Virus record (IMG/VR): IMGVR_UViG_3300045988_175628
DNA: 64,000 bases
Source of the DNA: a virus
Strand: one strand, 5' to 3'
Part shown: one piece after another, positions 31,218-40,688 of the stretch
Numbering within the stretch: the first letter of the stretch is position 1
Layout of the letters: each line of letters opens with the position of its first letter
Program-made: the position numbers and the translations under genes
The notes under the pieces: generated by a model
Seen by the model: only the letters and a program-made list of their open reading frames with translations
What the model was told of the DNA's origin: nothing
Database searches by the model: none

Positions 31218-32777
31218 TTATTTAACTTCGGGAAATTTTGTTTCCTCAAGTTGTTCTTCTAATGCCTTTGATACTCCAGGAATTTTCATTTCTTTCATAA
31301 CATTCAGCATAGGTGATATTTGTGACACCAGACTCTGCATAACGTTTGTAAGACCACCGCCTTTTGTAGTGTCCATAATAGTTACATTACCAAAGTTCAT
31401 GTGCTTATAAGCTTCAACCTGTTGTCTAGCAATGTTTTCATAGGTTCCTTCCTGAACCATCTTAAACTGAATTGCAATTGCAGGATCTGTTTGAGCCGCT
31501 TCGATCATCTCACGGAAACCATCAGCCTGGGCTTTCAAAGATGCTTTTTCTGCTTCAGCCTGAGCAAGACCCTTTTGACGGACAACTTCTGCTTCTGCCA
31601 AACCTTTAGCAGTAATAGCTTTAGCCTCACCCTCACCCTTAAGAGCCTCAGCCTGAGCTTTACCATCTGCTTCGATTTTGATTTTATTAGCATTAGTTTC
31701 AGCAATCTTTTCTTGCTCTAACTGATAGGCTTCAGCACGCAGAAGACTTTCCTTTTTAGAAATTTCTGCAGGCACAATCTTATCAGCACGTAATGCAGCT
31801 TCTTGACGCTGAGCACGAGCTTCTTCCGCAATTTTCTGAGCGAGCTCTTCTTCTTTAGCAACTTCTGCTGCTGCCCTCACGCGTGCAGTATTTGCAGTTT
31901 TTTCAGCTTCAGCGCGCACAACTTCCAGTTCAGCATTCTTATCAGTTACAGTCTTCTCTGCTTCAATTTTTCCAATTTCACCTTCGGCCCTTGCTGCAGC
32001 CACGTTAATATCACGTGTACGTTGAGTTTCTGCAACTTTTGAATCTCTTTCTGCATTAGCTTCGGCTACTGCAATAGCTTCTTCACGTTGAGTTGCAGCA
32101 ACTTCAGAATTTTTAATTTTATTCTGTTCTGCAGTTTGAGTAGCACCATCCTTCTCAGCTTTAGCTATTTCAACATTTGCCTTATTAAGAGCAATTGCCT
32201 TATCCTTCTGACCTAATGCAATGATATACCCTGCTTCATCCCTAATATCGGTAATATTAACGTTAATAAGATGAAGACCAATCTTACGAAGTTCTCCTCC
32301 AACAACATTTTTTACTTCCTCTAAGAACTTATCACGTTCAGAGTTAAGCTCCTCGATAGTCATGTTAGAGACAATCAAACGCATTTGACCATACACAATA
32401 TCCTTAACGAGATCCTCAATTTGATCATTAGTTAACCCAAGAAGCCGCTCTGCAGCCATTTGCATTACTTCTGGCTCTGTAGAAATACCCACAGTTACAG
32501 TAGTTGGAACATCTACTCGAATGTTTTGTGAAGATAGTGCTTTTTGCAAATTACACTCAAACTGAAGAGGTTTAAGTGACATAAAACTGTATCCCTGAAC
32601 AATGGGAACCACAAAAGCTGCTCCACCATGAATACATTTAGCAGATTTCCCACCTCCTGTTTTACCATAAATTACAAGAATTTTGTCAGAGGGACATTTT
32701 CGATACCGTGAGAGAATTCCCACTACTGAGAGTAATACTAATAATAGAGCTGCTCCAAGGATAATAAATAAAGTCAT
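31218..32777 (-). CDS. SPFH/band-7 (flotillin-like) protein with long Ala/Glu-rich coiled-coil
   Basis: N-terminal TM, SPFH-domain core, about 250-aa EA-repeat coiled coil. Confidence 0.75.
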   Translation of the reverse strand: MTLFIILGAALLLVLLSVVGILSRYRKCPSDKILVIYGKTGGGKSAKCIHGGAAFVVPIVQGYSFMSLKPLQFECNLQKALSSQNIRVDVPTTVTVGISTEPEVMQMAAERLLGLTNDQIEDLVKDIVYGQMRLIVSNMTIEELNSERDKFLEEVKNVVGGELRKIGLHLINVNITDIRDEAGYIIALGQKDKAIALNKANVEIAKAEKDGATQTAEQNKIKNSEVAATQREEAIAVAEANAERDSKVAETQRTRDINVAAARAEGEIGKIEAEKTVTDKNAELEVVRAEAEKTANTARVRAAAEVAKEEELAQKIAEEARAQRQEAALRADKIVPAEISKKESLLRAEAYQLEQEKIAETNANKIKIEADGKAQAEALKGEGEAKAITAKGLAEAEVVRQKGLAQAEAEKASLKAQADGFREMIEAAQTDPAIAIQFKMVQEGTYENIARQQVEAYKHMNFGNVTIMDTTKGGGLTNVMQSLVSQISPMLNVMKEMKIPGVSKALEEQLEETKFPEVK

Positions 32778-32784
32778 CTTTTAA

Positions 32785-33273
32785 TTATTTGATTGTTACT
32801 TGATTTCTAGTGCCTTCCACTACAACTGTGTCGCCAGGTTGATAATCTACATTTTTTGTAGATATAGCATCTATATACACAAGCCGTCCTTCTAATTTTA
32901 CTACTACCTCTCCCTTATTTAATTCAGAATCCCAGTAATAAACCTGTGCAGACGTTTCCTTAATTACAGTTTCATAAATAATTTCCTGACGTAGATGTTT
33001 ATATATATATTTATAAAGATAGAATAACATTACTGTAAACAATACTCCAACTAAAACAGCTACGAAGGTAGATAATAGTGATACTCCTCCCATTACAGTT
33101 AATGTTAGGGAAAAGCCAAACACAAAGTGAACAATACCTTTAAAAGATAACATGTCACTGGAATCAAGATCGGTATCTGTGTCGATGTCAAGTTCTCCTC
33201 CTATAAAGGATAGAATTGTTTGTCCAATTAAAACACAGGTAGAAATTAATAGTAATAGTAAATACCAAGTCAT
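32785..33273 (-). CDS. NfeD-like membrane protein (SPFH partner)
   Basis: Multi-TM N-terminus plus C-terminal beta-rich OB-like region; directly upstream of the SPFH gene. Confidence 0.55.
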   Translation of the reverse strand: MTWYLLLLLISTCVLIGQTILSFIGGELDIDTDTDLDSSDMLSFKGIVHFVFGFSLTLTVMGGVSLLSTFVAVLVGVLFTVMLFYLYKYIYKHLRQEIIYETVIKETSAQVYYWDSELNKGEVVVKLEGRLVYIDAISTKNVDYQPGDTVVVEGTRNQVTIK

Positions 33274-33363
33274 ATTTTAAATAATCAATTTCAAAAAAAG
33301 AAAGGCTACTTCATCATCCAAAATTATTATATAATAAAATCATTGCTGTATGTAGCCTATTAG

Positions 33364-33436
33364 CGGGACTGGAACGAGTTGAACGTTCACCTTTGGATTT
33401 TCAGTCCAACGCGCGCACCACGCACACCGCAGTCCC
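33364..33436 (-). tRNA. tRNA-Phe (anticodon GAA)
   Basis: Acceptor GGGACTG/CAGTCCC, anticodon stem TTGGA/TCCAA loop CTGAAAA, T-arm GAACG-TTCAACT-CGTTC. Confidence 0.7.
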
Positions 33437-33584
33437 AAATAAAAATTCCAGTATTTCTACTGGAATTAGATCCATAGCAGGGCTCTTCAGCCCCGAAAAC
33501 TTTTTTCTTTAACGTCTGATTTATAAGCTCTTAACAGATTACAGTACTCTTTCTATATAGAATCCTAGTCTATAGAAGATTGTG

Positions 33585-33654
33585 GACACATGTGGGATTC
33601 GAACCCCTCTATTTCCGTGCAAAGGAAATGTGCTCGCCATTACACTACATGGCC
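33585..33654 (-). tRNA. tRNA-Ala-like (anticodon TGC) with imperfect acceptor stem
   Basis: D-arm GTGT…GCAC, anticodon stem TTTCC/GGAAA loop TTTGCAC, T-loop TTCGAAT; 3' acceptor strand does not pair with 5' GGCCATG. Confidence 0.4.
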
Positions 33655-33665
33655 CATAAAAATAG

Positions 33666-33737
33666 AGGCTCCTAACGGTTACGATCCGTTCTCTTGGGGT
33701 TACAAAGCCCATATTCTACCAAATGAACTAAGGAGCC
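33666..33737 (-). tRNA. tRNA-Thr (anticodon TGT)
   Basis: Acceptor GGCTCCT/AGGAGCC, anticodon loop TTTGTAA, T-arm AACGG-ATCGTAA-CCGTT. Confidence 0.7.
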
Positions 33738-33966
33738 TAATAAACACTATCGTAGTTTACACGTCTGATTTTTTTTGCCACAGAAACTCCATATGAATGA
33801 TCAACTCATATGTTAAGAGTTATTACGCCGTTAAATAAGTTTACTGAGTGAAACTATTTAGTTTCTTTATTGTCTATCAGTTTCGACTTTACTCTAACAT
33901 TTAGAGAGTGCTCATTACCTTGTACTTCGGTAGTTTGTTCGAATAGGCTTTGAGCTAGCCTATAAA

Positions 33967-34701
33967 TTATTTATTTTTAGAGTATCGATATCGTCTAGTA
34001 CTATTTTTATTCCTTGATCCAAAATGTTCAGTCATTGCATGATGATTTGGACACAAAACCTGGAGATTTTCTTCTTTATTGTTAGTTGCATCTCCATCAA
34101 TATGATGTATCTGAAGAATGGATAAATTAGTATAAGGATTAATGAAATTACATCCACATCCTGGAATTTCACAGGTATAATTAGCCTTCTCTAATAAATA
34201 TCGTCGAATATGTGCAGATAATCCATCTTCACCTGCCATTCCTAATTCTTTACCTTCTTTTCAGCGTTTGATAAATTCCTTGTAGGCATATTCAGCTTGG
34301 CATTTGTGATTACAATATTGATTTCTTGCAGGTACTACATTTCCACAATTTACACAGATAGAAGTAGCACCACGAACATACTTACCACTTGACTTAGCGC
34401 CTCTTTTTAAATTTATATATGTAGCACTGCATGAATGGGAACAAAAGTCATTGGCTCTCTTACTTCATGAAATTGCACTTCCGCATTGTTTACATAGTTT
34501 AGGATTCTTTTCATAACTATCTTTTGTAAGTATGTTAGTAACAGGAATCTCCACTTTATTTTTAACTGCCCATTCTTTTAATTTATTTCTATTAGAAATA
34601 TTATCATGAATTTCTAACTTTTTACAAATTTCAAACAAACTTTTACTGTTATTTCACACAGTTCTGATTATATCATCTGAAAGTTCTTTAAAACGTTTCA
34701 T
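33967..34701 (-). CDS. HNH homing endonuclease (3 in-frame TGA)
   Basis: C-terminal 'LQIHHIDGDATNNKEENLQVLCPNHH'; frame continuous from ATG 34699-34701 through TGAs; embedded in tRNA cluster. Confidence 0.7.
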
Positions 34702-34736
34702 TAATTTAGTTTATTAATAATTATTAGTTACAATTG

Positions 34737-34808
34737 AGAGGTATAAGAGATTCAAACTCTCCCCTTGTGATTGGAAGTCACATATGCTATCACTAACACC
34801 AATACCTC
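34737..34808 (-). tRNA. tRNA-Gly (anticodon TCC)
   Basis: Acceptor GAGGTAT/ATACCTC, anticodon stem TGTGA/TCACA loop CTTCCAA, T-loop TTTGAAT. Confidence 0.75.
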
Positions 34809-35033
34809 ATAAAAGGTCTCCATAAAGCTCCGTAGATTAAAAGTCTATTGCTAAATAAATTTGCTGTAAGAGACCTTATAAACACAACTGTGAAATTTTC
34901 GCTTTGAATCATTTCTGATCTCTGGACTAATACTGATAGATTAGAGTGCCTTCATATCAGAGCCTGCAATGTCCATACCCCACTCTGGGCTTTACATTTC
35001 ACTACAAATCTTAATTGTGTTATTAATATTAAG

Positions 35034-35106
35034 CGGGAGCAAGAGGATTCGAACCCCTGTTACCGAAATTAACAGTTTCGTGCTTAAACCACTCAGCCAT
35101 ACTCCC
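35034..35106 (-). tRNA. tRNA-Asn (anticodon GTT)
   Basis: Acceptor GGGAGTA/TGCTCCC, anticodon stem CGAAA/TTTCG loop CTGTTAA, T-loop TTCGAAT. Confidence 0.75.
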
Positions 35107-35175
35107 AAAGGGCTAGGTTACTTTCATTACATCCTACCATTAGACGACCTATAATACTTTTCAGCCCGAAATTTC

Positions 35176-35250
35176 TTATAGACTGGGATTCGAACCCAGA
35201 TCGCTGTTAAAACAAGACAGTCTAAGTTTAAAGCTTGCTGAAGTAACCTT
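35176..35250 (-). ncRNA. tRNA-like element (T-arm CTGGG-TTCGAAT-CCCAG; GTT-containing anticodon-like loop; acceptor strands not complementary)
   Basis: Canonical T-arm plus stem-loop CTGTC-TTGTTTT-AACAG but no 5' strand pairing with TCTATAA. Confidence 0.3.
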
Positions 35251-35347
35251 GTGTTTACAAAGATACGTATTTTATTTTAATTAATCAAACACTTTATCTA
35301 TTTTCTTACCTATTTCACCTAAATGTTTTACGTTCTTTATATCCATA

Positions 35348-35420
35348 GTGACCCCACAGGGACTCGAACCCTGATATCTGCATTAAAAGTGCAGGATAAT
35401 AACCAGTTATATTATAAGGT
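35348..35420 (-). tRNA. tRNA-Lys (anticodon TTT)
   Basis: Acceptor GACCTTA/TGGGGTC (two G·T), anticodon stem CTGCA/TGCAG loop CTTTTAA, T-loop TTCGAGT. Confidence 0.7.
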
Positions 35421-35432
35421 CTCCTAAAACTA

Positions 35433-35510
35433 GGTAACAATAAGGACTTGAACCTTTTCGCTAAATTAAAAGAGAAATTTTGCTTAAACCATTTACTTTG
35501 CTGTATGTTA
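35433..35510 (-). ncRNA. tRNA-like gene with 8-nt anticodon-type loop (AAATT-TCTCTTTT-AATTT)
   Basis: Acceptor GTAACAT/TTGTTAC (6 bp), T-arm AAAGG-TTCAAGT-CCTTA; anticodon loop cannot be drawn as 7 nt. Confidence 0.35.
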
Positions 35511-35540
35511 CCTATTCATTGTAAAACTGTAAAGAATTTG

Positions 35541-35648
35541 TGGCCATGGAAGGACTCGAACCTCCACACACTTATGAACCTAGAATATATAAGCAGCTTT
35601 ACCACTTTGCTTACAGGGCCATAAAATGGAGAAGCAAGCATGGCCCGC
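35541..35648 (-). ncRNA. tRNA-like gene with two alternative 5' acceptor strands (79-nt or 108-nt form) and no clear anticodon arm
   Basis: 3' end CATGGCC pairs imperfectly with GGCCCTG (35613-35619) or perfectly with GGCCATG (35642-35648); T-arm GGAGG-TTCGAGT-CCTTC; internal region contains …TTCTAGG…. Confidence 0.35.
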
Positions 35649-35780
35649 TTACTTCCCCTTCATTGATGAATTACAGTATTCTTAAATATTGTACGATAAT
35701 GTGCATCTAACTCACTTTAACTTATTGTATTCATACGAGTTAACCATTTCTCCAATTCGCCATATAGTGATTTAATTAGC

Positions 35781-35810
35781 GGCGAATGGGGGACTCGAAC
35801 CCCCAGTCTT
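35781..35810 (-). ncRNA. tRNA 3'-half-like fragment (T-arm GGGGG-TTCGAGT-CCCCC plus ATTCGCC)
   Basis: Perfect T-arm followed by 7-nt acceptor-like strand; its complement lies on the wrong side (35755-35761), forming a local hairpin rather than a tRNA acceptor. Confidence 0.3.
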
Positions 35811-35982
35811 ATGATTTTTTTTTATTAGTGAATTAGCACATCCTTATTAACTTGAGACTAAAGCTTTTGACGCAACACTAAATCTTATGTAGCTCCTTGT
35901 AATTTATCTAGGATATTACAGCTCTTTGCTACTTAGTCTAAGTCTGAAGCTAAGTCTATCGTCAAATATTTTGTTTGTTTTA

Positions 35983-36768
35983 TTACCTACCTTGGAGATA
36001 GTTCAGCAGCCATTCTGAATCCAGATTGGATTTTACTGCTTCTACCTCATTTGCTACTTTCAGTGCAGCAATAGTTGCTGACAGAAGAGTACTTCTACGC
36101 TGAAGAGCTAATGCTCGCTGACGAGGGGTCCACTCACCAGAGAAACGCTGCATGGTGTAATCACCAAGCTCCATCACAGTATCTTTTACTGCAATTTGGG
36201 GCTGATAGTGAGTTGCACTGCCGAGCTTCTGAACATTCGGATCTTCTAAAATGTACTGAGTCTTAGTGATAGACTTTTTAGTACCTTTCAGAAGGGGAGA
36301 CTGCATAATTGCTCGACCTGCATACATTTCTTCAGTACATGGTTCCCAGATCTCAGAATCTTTACGAACGGGAATGTTCTGGAACATCTCCTGAAGCTGA
36401 GGATTTTCCAGAAATGACTTGAGCTTAAGAAGCTCCAGACTGCTCAGATTAGCAATTACATTGCCATCTACAACCAGATCTGCACGAGCAGTTCCCGATG
36501 CATTAGTTGCTTCACAATTGAACATCTCACTGATATAGCTTTTTACCATATTAGTGAAATAGTCGAATTTCTCATCTACGGTTGTTACAACCGCAATGAG
36601 TTTACGTTCACTGGGAAGATCTACAGTGTCAGGACGAGGTTCGTAGGTATTTTTAACACCTCGAAAGTTGTCTGACTCCTTCTTAAAGAAGGTTGTATAA
36701 TCTCGAAGGAGAGCTTTAAACTGGGAAGCACCCTGCTCCAGTTTTGCGAGTAATACATTTAATTTCAT
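35983..36768 (-). CDS. hypothetical protein (compositionally less AT-rich than its surroundings)
   Basis: 261-aa ORF inside the tRNA cluster. Confidence 0.4.
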   Translation of the reverse strand: MKLNVLLAKLEQGASQFKALLRDYTTFFKKESDNFRGVKNTYEPRPDTVDLPSERKLIAVVTTVDEKFDYFTNMVKSYISEMFNCEATNASGTARADLVVDGNVIANLSSLELLKLKSFLENPQLQEMFQNIPVRKDSEIWEPCTEEMYAGRAIMQSPLLKGTKKSITKTQYILEDPNVQKLGSATHYQPQIAVKDTVMELGDYTMQRFSGEWTPRQRALALQRRSTLLSATIAALKVANEVEAVKSNLDSEWLLNYLQGR

Positions 36769-37340
36769 ATTAAATTAATTTTAAGTTCTTTAACATATTT
36801 TCGAATTTCTGGATCTTTCCAAATTTCATAAATCGTACTGTCAGGTAACGTTTGAAATTCACAAGAGCCATACTTAACTTTAATTTTTTTCTTTTTGCAC
36901 TTTTCTAAATTTATTAAAATAGTTCGAATTACTTTGATAGACGTATCATTTGGTTTTTTCTTCGGAATTAATTGTCTTTCCTGAATATTTATTTTCTGCT
37001 TTAAATTACTAATCTGAAGTTTTAACTCTTCATTCTCCTTAACAAGACTTTTTTGATATGTAGAATCTCCAACCAAAAATAAAGAAGCATGTAATACAAT
37101 ACCTCTGATTAAAGTTTTACACTCCTCATAAGAAATAAGACTTACTTTATTAGTTGATGGAACATAAAGTATATAATTATTTCTGTCAATAATTATTGAT
37201 ATATTCCCAGAAGAATTTTTCCCAATATGATTAGATACTCTAACGATTAAATCCCCAATAGTATAATACCTAGATTCCTTTGTCTTAGAGGTTTCAATTT
37301 TGTATGCAAACCTTCTTAAATATTTGTCAATTTTATTCAT
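36765..37340 (-). CDS. hypothetical protein
   Basis: 191-aa ORF. Confidence 0.4.
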   Translation of the reverse strand: MNKIDKYLRRFAYKIETSKTKESRYYTIGDLIVRVSNHIGKNSSGNISIIIDRNNYILYVPSTNKVSLISYEECKTLIRGIVLHASLFLVGDSTYQKSLVKENEELKLQISNLKQKINIQERQLIPKKKPNDTSIKVIRTILINLEKCKKKKIKVKYGSCEFQTLPDSTIYEIWKDPEIRKYVKELKINLI

Positions 37341-37355
37341 AATTTTGAATTATAG

Positions 37356-37431
37356 TCAGAGTGACAGGATTCGAACCTGCGAATTCGTGCTCCCAAAGCA
37401 CGCGCCTTAGACCTAGCTGGGCTACACTCTG
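37356..37431 (-). tRNA. tRNA-Pro (anticodon TGG)
   Basis: Acceptor CAGAGTG/CACTCTG, anticodon stem CGTGC/GCACG loop TTTGGGA, T-arm GCAGG-TTCGAAT-CCTGT. Confidence 0.75.
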
Positions 37432-37440
37432 ATAAAAAGT

Positions 37441-37516
37441 CTCTATTATATTAACTATCGCTCTACCAACTGAGCTACCAATAGAACCCAGTCTATTGGA
37501 CGGGACTCGAACCCGC
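37441..37516 (-). ncRNA. split/permuted tRNA-like locus: 3' half and 5' half of one tRNA in reversed order
   Basis: On the minus strand the 3' half (T-arm GCGGG-TTCGAGT-CCCGT + acceptor-3' CCAATAG) lies 8 nt upstream of the 5' half (acceptor-5' CTATTGG + perfect D-arm TAGCTCAGTTGGTAGAGC); the two 7-mers are exact complements. Confidence 0.35.
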
Positions 37517-37726
37517 GACCTGCAGTTCCCCATTAAAATTATTTGCTGAAGAGACTTTATAAAAATAATAGCTTTTTAACACATGTTGGAGGTAGCTATT
37601 TAGATAGGGCTTTTCAGTCTACTCAGTCATTTCCTACTGTAGCTTTGTCTCTATCACCTGCCTGTCATCACGACGCATTCGTGCACAAGCTGTTATTGTC
37701 CTAGTTGCGTATTCAAATAACTGCTG

Positions 37727-37818
37727 CGGAGGAGAAGGGATTCGAACCCCTGCAACGTCTTCTAAACGTCCTAACGCATTTCAAGTGCGCCCCCTTATAA
37801 CCACTTGGGTACTCCTCC
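37727..37818 (-). tRNA. tRNA-Ser (anticodon TGA), type II
   Basis: Acceptor GGAGGAG/CTCCTCC, anticodon stem GCGCA/TGCGT loop CTTGAAA, long variable arm, discriminator G. Confidence 0.7.
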
Positions 37819-37910
37819 ATATATTCTTTACTTATCTAGATATATCTTGAGAGCTGTTCACCTATATAAGGGATTAGCGCCTATCATTTAGTCTAAATTA
37901 GTAAGAATTT

Positions 37911-38387
37911 TTAATTTTTATCTTTCTGATTAACTAATTTTATATAACTCAGTAACAGGTTCTCATATGAATCTCTGCTCTGTTTAAGTCGTTGTTCCAA
38001 ATCTTTTTGACGTTGAACTAAAAGTTTGTATGTGTATTCTTCACAAACTTTAACTTTTATTTCTTTTCTTTCTTCTTTAGGAATATTCAAATATAGAGCA
38101 TCAACAGAAACTGGTCTATCCTCTAACTCTGCAATGTAAGATTCTAGTTCTCCAATTCTTTGCAAAGCCTGTTTATATTTTACATCAGATTTAATATCTT
38201 TAAGTAAATTATTGTTGGCTTCTTTAAGTTCAATTATTTTATTATTTAATTGCTTAATTTGAGATTTCAAAGTGTCAATATATCCAAAATTATTTTGAAT
38301 TTGGAATATTTCTTCTAATTTGGCAATTATTCTTCTTTGTTCCCAAGCTGATTCTTCAGAGAACCAAGCTATAAACTTCTTCAACAT
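37911..38387 (-). CDS. hypothetical coiled-coil protein
   Basis: 158-aa ORF. Confidence 0.4.
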   Translation of the reverse strand: MLKKFIAWFSEESAWEQRRIIAKLEEIFQIQNNFGYIDTLKSQIKQLNNKIIELKEANNNLLKDIKSDVKYKQALQRIGELESYIAELEDRPVSVDALYLNIPKEERKEIKVKVCEEYTYKLLVQRQKDLEQRLKQSRDSYENLLLSYIKLVNQKDKN

Positions 38388-38404
38388 AATCTATATATAT
38401 TTTG

Positions 38405-38480
38405 TAGCGGGAGTGAGATTCGAACTCACGTAGATCGGCTTATGAGACCGAGCTGGGAACCATCTCCAGTCTATCCCGCT
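38405..38480 (-). tRNA. tRNA-Met (anticodon CAT)
   Basis: Acceptor AGCGGGA/TCCCGCT, anticodon stem TCGGT/GCCGA loop CTCATAA, T-arm GTGAG-TTCGAAT-CTCAC. Confidence 0.65.
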
Positions 38481-38495
38481 ATATAAGTTAATAAG

Positions 38496-38569
38496 AGACG
38501 CCTGTAGGATTCGAACCCACACAAAACTGCTTTGCAGGCAGCTCCTTTAACCAATTCAGGCAAGGCGTC
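38496..38569 (-). tRNA. tRNA-Cys (anticodon GCA)
   Basis: Acceptor GACGCCT/AGGCGTC, anticodon loop CTGCAAA, T-loop TTCGAAT. Confidence 0.7.
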
Positions 38570-39015
38570 CTATTTCAGAGTCCAGAAATAATATAATGTA
38601 AATAAATGTATGATGGGACAGAAAATATAAAATGTATCTTCTTTTTCCCATTGAACTATAGTATTTACTAATCCGAACTTAGTTGCAAAGAAAAACATAA
38701 TTCCTGAAACTACCAAAAGATAGAGGATAAAAATTACTAAAATAATTTGCCAAATCATAACTGTTGTTTATATATGTTTTAATATCTTATCTTAATTCAA
38801 GTTAAAATAGACTATTGAATTAGTTACCTTTGATCCAATTATCATATTGCGTAGAATCTATTTTCGGAGGATATCGATTGTTATGATTATAACACAATGT
38901 ATCCTGTGTACTTTTGTTTATATCTCTTATGGATTTTAGTTCATACTTAGAACACGAAACCAAACTCGAGATAAATATTAATAATAATACCCTATACATT
39001 ATAATTTAAAATTTG

Positions 39016-39087
39016 TTGATCCGCCCTGACTCGAACAGGGATTCCAAGAACCAAAATCTTGTGTGGTAACCATTACACTACGGATCA
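39016..39087 (-). tRNA. tRNA-Gln (anticodon TTG)
   Basis: Acceptor TGATCCG/CGGATCA (U1:A72 as in E. coli tRNA-Gln), anticodon stem CAAGA/TCTTG loop TTTTGGT. Confidence 0.75.
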
Positions 39088-39120
39088 GTGTGTCAAATAA
39101 ATATTGACACGTGAATATTA

Positions 39121-39999
39121 TTATAGTGACATAAATTGACTATAATTGTCAGTATAACTTATATTTGTATTAACAAGAAGTTCTCCATGCATACTTTTTC
39201 CAGGCATAGGTACCATAAAATCTGGACCATATATACTAACTAAAGCTCCCATGTAAACTTCAGGTGCTGGAAATATCCAATCCATAAATTTTAAATATAC
39301 AGTATTCTTATAATGTTCTGCATATCTAAGACTTTGAATTTTACCTGGGAAAGTTAAATTAGCAAAGTATTCTGTTTGTACATGATTATATTTTTGCCGA
39401 ATTTCTTGATATTGATCCCTTAACTGAATTAGCCTAGAAAGATTACTAGAAGACTTATCATAACATTGATATCGTGTTTTTATACATATAGCTTCTAACT
39501 TTATCAAATGAAGTTGATGCAAAAGTTTCTGCCTTTCCTTTAAATCATCAGGAACATTATCAAATGGACAAATATCAATAAATATACCTTGATTAAATGG
39601 AAATTTTGCTTCTAAATCTTTTTTGTGAATACATGTAGTATCACTTCGCCGAAGTTTGGAACAGCAATAAAAAGTACTGTCTGTTCAATCATTCTGTAAA
39701 AAATATGGATATTTTAATTCCTTAGAAGCATATTGGACGAATTTATCATAATCCTTTCTGGGCATCGTTATATCAATATCATCATCCCAAGGAATAAAAC
39801 CTCCATGTCTAACAGCTCCTAAAAGTGTACCTCCATCTAATCAATAAGTCAATTTATACTTCTCGCAAATCTTCCTAAACTGCCATAATAGATCTAACTC
39901 AATTGCTCAAAGTTCTTTTCTGGTTTCGGATATCAAAAATCCATTTTGAGATTCTTCTTTAAAAAAAGAAGGGGAAAGTTTAATTTCTAAATTTACCAT
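39121..39999 (-). CDS. LicD-family nucleotidyl/phosphotransferase (3 in-frame TGA)
   Basis: Hand translation across TGAs: '…[26 protein letters not shown]…', the LicD signature; continuous with ORF 39121..39522. Confidence 0.75.
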
Positions 40000-40672
40000 T
40001 TATTATAGACATAGCTAAGTCTAAATCATCAGACATTGTTATTTTGAAATTCTGTAAATCTCCTTTAATATAAGTTACTATATTTCCAGAAAGTTCAAAT
40101 AAATGTGGTAGTGTCTGACAATCATCTATATTATCTATACTTTCAACAGCTCTACAAATATCACTGAACATAAATGTTTCTGGAGTTTGAAGAATAGATA
40201 TACGATCTTGAATTAATTTTGGAGCATGAATATTTTTAGAGTATTTTAGTGCACTTACAGTCTCGATAAATGGTACTACACAAGGGGTGTAACTTTTGCA
40301 AGTAGATATACACTTAGTTATAAGAGTTTCTGATACAAAAGGACGCACCGAATCATGAAACATTACTTTATCGATCTGATTAATGTGTTTTATTGCACTT
40401 AATCCAGCAATTCTTGATCTTAAACAAGTTGTACTTCCTTCTACAACAATGACATTACTGTCATATAGTTCACGTAGCCTATTAATATATTCAGGAAGAG
40501 TAACAACAACTATTACAGAAAAAAGTTTAGTGAAGAGAAACGTATCTAAAGTATAATCTAGAATAGTATTTCCCCTATATATAGAGCGATATGAAATTTC
40601 TGTAAATTGTTTGGGTATATTACTGTTACATCTACTCCCTATTCCAGCAGCATTTATTACAAGTGCATTCAT
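39980..40672 (-). CDS. IspD/TarI/LicC-family sugar-phosphate cytidylyltransferase
   Basis: N-terminal 'LVINAAGIGSR' nucleotidyltransferase motif, about 230 aa. Confidence 0.7.
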   Translation of the reverse strand: MNALVINAAGIGSRCNSNIPKQFTEISYRSIYRGNTILDYTLDTFLFTKLFSVIVVVTLPEYINRLRELYDSNVIVVEGSTTCLRSRIAGLSAIKHINQIDKVMFHDSVRPFVSETLITKCISTCKSYTPCVVPFIETVSALKYSKNIHAPKLIQDRISILQTPETFMFSDICRAVESIDNIDDCQTLPHLFELSGNIVTYIKGDLQNFKITMSDDLDLAMSIINGKFRN

Positions 40673-40688
40673 AATTTGTTAATTTTAG

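Noticed and set aside
33470-33510. Plus-strand terminator-like hairpin GGGCT-cttc-AGCCC followed by T-rich tract
   Set aside because: There is a 7-nt spacer between stem and T-run and no plus-strand gene upstream. Likely fortuitous or a bidirectional structure; not reported as a feature.
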